This document shows positions 56,541-64,000 of a DNA stretch of 64,000 nucleotides, in pieces. Position 1 is the stretch's first letter. Every line of letters starts with the position of its first letter. The DNA lies in contig JAQGDQ010000002.1 of assembly GCA_030141605.1 (NCBI GenBank), positions 868,001 through 932,000 of the forward strand, given 5' to 3'. Both the position numbers and the translations under genes were made by a program. The DNA is from Tubiluchus corallicola. Lineage: Eukaryota > Animalia > Priapulida. A model generated the notes under the pieces. The model saw only the letters and a program-made list of their open reading frames with translations, was not told the DNA's origin and did no database searches.

Positions 56541-59500
56541 TGTAATACATTTTATTGATTACAAGTTTCAGGTTAATGTTATGGATATGTGTAATTGCTA
56601 GAACGTCTTTCATTTGAAACATAATGGACATAAAACGAGGTTTTAGTATTCTTCACTGACTTGTCTTTAGTGAGAAGAGGTAGCTATGTAACAATTTTAA
56701 TGGAAAGCAAACATTTATAGAAAAACAGTTTTGACATCTGTATTTAAAATATACAGACACTTTGTTGGATTATTTTCAATTTACATTTTCTACTGTATTC
56801 TAAACAGATGCGAAGTGCAATATTAATGCAATTTGAGTGCTAGTGCTGCCAATCTATAGAGCCAAGATGATGTTTGTCAACACAAGCATGGCTGGTTTGT
56901 ACTTGGCTGTTCAATGCTCAGCAAGATTTTTTAAAAGATAAAAGTATGACAGTATTAAAGTAAAAGAAAACACTCTACTTATATAAAGCTTAAAAAAATT
57001 CATCTTGAAATTTTATACCACGTGGGGCCTTTTTGCACATACAGGGATTGCCTTGTATAAAATTTGTAAATTTAAACTCCCGCGATGACCGCTAGATGAT
57101 GCTATTTTGATGATAAGTCACTTGAAACAAGTTTAGATAAAACTGAGTAAAATTTGAAAAAATAATCAGAACATTCGTAGCACACACATCATCAACTAAG
57201 TAAAATTTTAAATTACTGTATCTTGTCAATAAGATTAAAAATATGTTTTTTGGTTAGTGGTGCACCCTGGAGGTGCGTCAACTACATTTTACCAATTGGT
57301 GAAAACATTTTAAACTATTAATAATTTTCTTTTCTAGTTACACAAGCCTTTCAAACAGTTAGGTGAAATGCTAAGTAATAAAATTTGGCATGGAAAGTTT
57401 CTTGGGACATAGGTGAACATTTTCTTTTCTTCCCGATTTACGTTGCGCGTATATGACGTAAAGTAATGGCGCTGTCGGAACAGTATTGTGGGAGATGTAA
57501 AATGAAAACAAAAAATCCTTTCAACACGAGTACGATATACGTATAAAATTGCTATAAAGCAATATAATTTTTTAAAGCAATTTTTCTTATACCAATGTCA
57601 GGTACCCCTTTTCTTGTCCTTTAAGTCATTAGCACCTATATCTGTGAAAAAAGCAAAGTCGATCTGTTCAGGTATATGACATGCAAGTTTCTACTTTTTA
57701 AAGCCTTATTAAACTTTTACATTTGCAAGCCTACTGCTGTTGGATTTTCTACTACCTAGCAAATTATCTTTTCAGAGTAATTTGTTGCACTATGATGATG
57801 TGTAATGCTCTACCATTTTTCCGTCGATGCTTATTTAACCTATGTCCGTCCCATATCGGGTACGTTTGCAATAGTAACAGCTGACTGTTATGTGTGTGAT
57901 AATGGTTATTTTGTAATTTGATGCAAAACATTGATATTTAATGCCTCATGTCTTGAAAAAACGAGGTATCATGATGGACACGTATTTGTTGGTGTCAAAA
58001 CACCCTGAATTTTGCCGTAACAGATTTTTGTGTATGTGCTGAATCTAAATCCTGATTTAGGTGGTACAAAACCACAAATACCATTCGATAGAACAGGAAA
58101 AACTGAGAAAAAAGCATGTGAAGAATTTAACTGACCTGCAAATATCACCAACTTATCACTGATTGTAAATTGATGTCAGGTTTTGTGCTGTCAAGTAATT
58201 GCAAAGTTGTCTGTGCAAAAAAGTGTGTGAAATTGAAAGTAAATAAGAACATGTTAGGTTTATCAAAATTGCCATCAATGAAAAGACCAGCCAATTCACG
58301 TTCAATACTGTACAATGTAAAAATTACAAAAAACTCAAAAGGCACTTTTTCAAATACTGTGATTAATTTTGCAATAGAATTTTGATGAAGCTGCCAGTTA
58401 TAATAAATAAAGGCGGATATGCATCACATTGACTCAAGACAAGAAATAGTTAGTTGATGAGCTGATGAAAATGGTTAAACTAAAAAATATTGACAGCCAT
58501 TTCTTGTTATAACCACATCATGAGCATCAAACTGACATTCTTTTTTTTACAAATTAGCCGCAATCAATAATAAATTAATTTCTATACCTTGAGAACAAGA
58601 CAATTTCAGATGCGGCAATCTCGTAATTCTCATAGAGGAAAAAACGAGTTGATCAGTGGCAAAAATTTCCATGTGATCAGCAACAGGCACCAGGGAATGC
58701 CCAAACATTTACTTAATAACGTATTATAAAAGGGTATGATATGTGGTTTTCTAATGGTTATTTTATTTTATTATTCAAATAAGATACTGTAATTGATTTT
58801 GTATGACCTATGATCTGATATAGTATATTTTATTATAGGATTATAGGATTGTATTTCTATTATTTGTATATTTAGTATAATATTATATTTACATGTTAAT
58901 AAATGTGATTTTTAAATTTTGCTATAATTATTGAAAGATGTCCAATGCAATTTCGATTACAGTTTAGGAATTCTTCCAAGATGTCTTCCTTTTAAAATGA
59001 TAGAATATATGTTTAACTTCAGTGAACATATTGCAGCATTCATTGTTTTCATATGTCTTAGATCATTTTTTGTCAGCCCGTGAAGATTTTACGCAGAAGT
59101 TGATAGCAAGGGATGACCTTAAAGGAAATTGAAAAGAAACTAAGGCATAAATAGCCTGGGCTTTTTCTCCGACACAGCAAGAATTTAGACCCAATACATA
59201 TAATAATCACTTACAATGTCATCCCACGATTCACACTCAATTGTGTATCGTTGTTAGTGTAGTGTTATAATGTTGAATGCAAAAATGAAAATTCTGGTCA
59301 GGTGATTATGTAATTATTATAGCAGGAGTATTCATAGAGTTTGTGGTTTTATAATAAGAAATTGAGATTATGTGTGTAATAAGTAATTGTTGAATTATTG
59401 TTCTATGACATCTTTTTAAGATAGCCAATGTTTTATTAACTACAGTTGTTGTTTCATGATGCGTCACAACATTTTCGAGGAATACTTTCAAGTGACTAGC

Positions 59501-61263
59501 TGATCAGCACTAATCTTTACATTTACTCATGTACCATGTATAATTTGTGTAATCCACGATGTTGAAAAATTGATCATTATACTCCACGTTCGTTGTTCAT
59601 TAATACTCATTTTAGAATATTATCATTATAACTGCTTCATACAATTGTTTTATTGTGAAACTTAACTAAATTATAACATTTATTACATCACTTATGTAGT
59701 CGAGTTATATATCCATTTGGGCTAAACTAAAGAAATTTTTTGCTGTTACTGCTGCCACATGTAGTATTATGTCATTGCACTGTATTAAAATAATTATGTT
59801 ATTCAATTTAAAGAAAATCTTTTGATACTGCAATTCATTCAAAGTGCCGTAAAAACAAAATGATTTTGTTGTGGTGGTAGTTTGTAGTATTGCTATAATG
59901 AACACTCAGACGGTCTGAAATGGCTGTGAAGGCCTCAAAGTGGATCAGTTGCACGCATTATACGTTTACTCAGTAACATTTATAAAAGCTTACTCTTACC
60001 AGTCCCCGTTACACATTACAGTGTTGTTTTGCCATGGCTTACGACTGAATCATATTTCCATATTTTACTTGGGTTGGAAGCTAAACAAGATTTTTTTGAA
60101 TACGGCAGCGATTTTTTGGCCATATCATTTTTATTTTTGCACAATATTTACTTGTGCATTTTTAGTTTTATTTTTATTCGCAGATGTTTTTTTTTCTTTT
60201 AAATAAAACTACTGTTCTAAAAGGTGCTTCAATAAGACAAAAAGCTAGAGAACCAAATTTTGCAACTGTACCATCAGTTTAATATACTTACATTAAATTA
60301 CTGTTATGTCAGGCTTTTTAAACACATGACGGTGGCTAAAAGGAAATGACTGTTGTTGTGAAACTAGTATTACAATTTCCTAAAGAAAACAAAAAAATGC
60401 ATGGCATATGGAGCATCACAAGTGTGTACAACAAACATTCAAAACTTGCATATAGCTTGGTTACACAAAAAAGTTAGTCTGTGTACCTGCAATACAGATT
60501 TATACAAAAAATAGCTAATGGTACCAACTTCATTTTAATGCTTTTGAATAGCAGTAGACATGCAAGTTAAAATCCATATCGTGAGAAGACAATTACGAAA
60601 TACTGAAGTAATAGCGTAAGAAAGCTGAATGGCAGAACAAGAACTATACAAGACAGCATTCACATAGCTCGAACATGTCATACGAACAATGGTGAACATC
60701 ACAACCGATATTGCAAAAATGTCTAATAAGCCCGCTGTATGCATTTCACGTGGACAAAATAAATAATAAATAACGCAATATAATGTGCTAATATAAATAC
60801 AACAGCGATAAATGTGGGCACGTTGCATACTGGGGTCGAGCATTGGAACAATGTAGGCCTTTATGCAATTATATACATTATAATATAATACATATCTCAC
60901 ATGTGTTTAATAATAAATGCATAAATTCATCTTGCTCTATAATTTTTGCAGTTACATGCATGTTTTTAACACCTTGAATATAGAAAAAAACGATGTGCTA
61001 TGCAAGCACTTTGCATTTTTACAGTGCTGAATTGCAGGACCAACACCTGCATCATAGAGAGATTCTCTATTGTCTTTGTCCAGAGTTCGAGTCACATTAC
61101 TAGTTTCACGCAAGCTTCTTCTGATGTGATACCTTATGTCAAATGGTTTGCACAACAGCAGTGATACAGACTGACACCATCAGTTAAGTATCGTACCAAT
61201 AATTTGTTGCTACATTTAACAACACAAACATCATAACAATCTGGAAGAGGACTGAAGCTACTT

Positions 61264-63640
61264 TCAAGAGGCATTGGCAACTGATCGTTGGTCAAGATGA
61301 AGTTCGTGTAGGCAGTTTGAAATTGCCGTTGAAGACTCCAGGCCACTCATTGCCAACTGGCACAATCGTTTTTCATGAGATTTTAACTTGCTGCATTAAA
61401 ATATTCAAAAATTATGTTAAACAGAAAAAATGAATGACAATTAACGTAATTGATCTGCTCAAATATTAAGAAACAGAGTTGTTTTCTCAAATGCTAACAA
61501 TAGTGCTGTAAGTGGCTGTCAGACAGGATTCAGCTACATTAGTACATTAAATTAAATATTAATGTATTTAATACCATGTATCTGACAAAGTAAATAAATT
61601 TATTGCATCTGTTACGTACACAAAAATAAAACAAAAATCGTGGGATAATTACCTTCGTCCTAAGCTTGAATATCTTGCTATGTTACGCAGTATTAGACTG
61701 GATGTTAAGCGGATATGTTTAGTCACTGGTCCTTCCTTTTCATCCTGCTTCAAGATAAAACTGTCTCAATACATTATAGACAATGCAACTAAATTCACAT
61801 GCTTAGAAAAATTTTTAATATCAAGCATAATAAAACAAACACCATACAAGTGCCTAAATGTTTTTCATGGTGTCCTTGAGAACAGATGATTTTGTTTGAT
61901 TATTAATATCGATTATTTTAAACAAAAAAAATTCTCTTTTGATATCTTCAAATTACGCTAGCAGTATGTCATGTTAGTATCACTTCTCAGCATCGATTTT
62001 AAATTCAAACTGGTGCAAAGAACAAAATGGACATCATATATGCAGTGAAACAAAATTTCTTTTTTCACATTGCCAAGTTTCAGTGTAAAGTAATGCAGAA
62101 AAGTGCAATATAAAAATTGTGCAATTACAGCTGTTATAATAACAAATATTCACTGTGCTTTGTGAATGCATGACGAGTGCTCATTTTTTGGAAATTGTTA
62201 CAAAAAGCTATTCGTATACAGAGGATATCGCACTAATAAAAACCCGCAATTGTATTTGACCGCCAGGAAAAGCTGAAAACGAAATAAATGATATATATTA
62301 CATTACATTTCACATTTGTGTGCAAGCAGTAATTTTAGTACATTGCGAAATTATCTATAGAAGATGAAATATTTCCTATAAAACATACCAAGAAACTAGA
62401 TTAAGCATTCGTCACACAGCATTTTACTTTTACTTCAAACAGCCCATCTTTAAACATATTTAAAAAAAGTGATCCACTTACACTAAACACAGTAGCAGGA
62501 GGTACTGCATGACGGCGAATAGCAAGAATAGCAGCATTTGGATGAAAACCTGGATGAGCTTGCGGAGGCGGAGGTGGAGGTATGGGACTGGCACCAAGCT
62601 TCTGAATATGGAAACGTCGTACTGCATACATGCGTAGAATCTTCTCAACACAATGAATATCCTGCAGAATAAATGCAAATTCACGAAATGTTAGTTACCT
62701 AGAGTAACCTAAGTGAGTGCAAAAAGGGAGCCGTGTGCAGGTTGCACAATGTGTACGCTACTATCCTTTGCCCCTACCTGACATCAATATGAAGTCACAA
62801 CATCATAGGCTACTTACTATAATTAAGTAAACAATCTATTGAATACAGTTCGCATAGCCCTGCACGGAAGCTTTAGCGGCAGTCCTTGCTTTAATCAGGG
62901 ATCTGCTACGCATAACCACCCTATACCGTGAAGTGCTAGGATTAGTCATTAGCCACTCGGATGATGATTGATCATTGATGGCAAAGGTAGGCAATTTTTA
63001 TACAGAGTCAGAAGCCACTGATCTATAATGCAGTGTAATGAACCATGACAACATACCGTCAAGAACCACAGCATAATTATGGTAACGATGAAAGATGTTA
63101 TTCGTAAAAGTATGAGTCACGCACAGGTTTCACTTTATTTCAAGCACATTATATAAATAAGGCAGTACTCAGTACTCATTTTACAAGATTTAGCAATATT
63201 TCTTAGAAGCCAGAATGGAATAGATAACATACCTGCATGTGAGTCGCAAGTGACCAACGCTTGCGTACAAGGCTGTCACACTGTTCCCACAAGCAAGGGC
63301 CATCGCTCTGACAGTGCACTTCCATACAGTGCCGAAACATATGTGACGCCTTTGGACATTGACTGAAATGTAAAGTATAGTTAAGCAATAACAAAGTTAC
63401 AGAAAAGCTACAAAACACTAGAAAATAAAGAACCAATAAATGAACATACAGAGCAAATTAATACTCACTAGCCACAGTTCTTCCACATGCACATTAGTTG
63501 AAGATCAGCAGGAATTTGTAACTTAGCAGCCTTCTTCTGAAGTTCTTGAGTTGCTTTCTGAGCGGCCTGTTGCTGTTGCTGTTGCTGTTGCTGCTGTTGT
63601 TGTTCTTGCTGTTGCTGTGGCACTTGCGCTCCTGCTGGAA
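61264..63640 (-). CDS. ARID2: ARID2/BAF200 (PBAF subunit), last five coding exons; gene continues beyond the window
   Basis: Exons 63640-63469 (poly[10 protein letters not shown]), 63362-63233 (HCMEVH...CLWEQC...[11 protein letters not shown]), 62661-62482 (DIHC...AAILAIRRH), 61744(or 61747)-61653 ([26 protein letters not shown]), 61390-61264 ([28 protein letters not shown]). Two zinc fingers and the EGPxTKHIRLT motif match the ARID2 C-terminus. Confidence 0.92.
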
Positions 63641-64000
63641 CTAAAACAATTTAAAATGAAAAATCCTTTGAATATAATCTGTACAAAATATTAAGTGGAG
63701 TTGTATATCAAATCTATGCATGTATTAACTTAGCGCTAAAATTTACAATAATATTGTATTTGTTTTGTGTCATTATTTCCAATTGTCGTGTAGTGTGGTA
63801 CAGTACACATTAACCATTGAAAAGGCACAGAGAATCAACAAAAGGTTAAAATCTTGGAGTAATTATGAATGAACATGAAAGAAAAATTATAGATGTAAAA
63901 TATTTCTTGCTTTTTAATTGACTTTTCTAAACTGTTTGACCTTAAGTCAATTTCGGATAAAGACAAGATTTCACGTAGTAATTTCACAGATAAAACAATT

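Noticed and set aside
62681-63025. snoRNA-like signals in an ARID2 intron (ATGATGA...CTGA on plus; H-box/ACA-like on minus; hairpin at 62855-62938)
   Set aside because: The C/D-like boxes are antisense to the host gene with no recognisable guide, and the ACA coincides with the CTAAC branch point.

Overview
AT-rich, intron-containing animal genomic DNA (invertebrate-like; species cannot be fixed from the sequence). Four protein genes can be reconstructed exon by exon: a 3-exon secreted Gly/Ser/His/Tyr-rich orphan protein (minus, 3563-7020), a complete carnitine O-palmitoyltransferase 1 (CPT1, minus, 14237-33438, ~768 aa), a compact RAB3IP/Rabin8-like Sec2 GEF (plus, 50946-56540, 307 aa) and the last five coding exons of ARID2/BAF200 (minus, 61264-63640). 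The most striking feature is inside CPT1. The short exon that follows the catalytic His is present as FOUR paralogous, phase-matched cassettes (24151-24210, 22590-22658, 21954-22019, 21264-21329), all with D-[AG]-P-x6-E, consistent with a mutually exclusive exon array that swaps the active-site/malonyl-CoA helix. The last cassette is preceded by a 568-nt stretch with no AG, the signature of a distant branch point. Upstream of CPT1 is a nested mobile-element stack: a TTAA-flanked Sola3-like element with ~490-bp TIRs that contains a Helentron-like insert, a GA/GACA satellite and an open-frame, 5'-truncated non-LTR retrotransposon sitting in a pure (GA)n run. Several hAT and Tc1/mariner MITEs and a CR1 3' fragment are also present.
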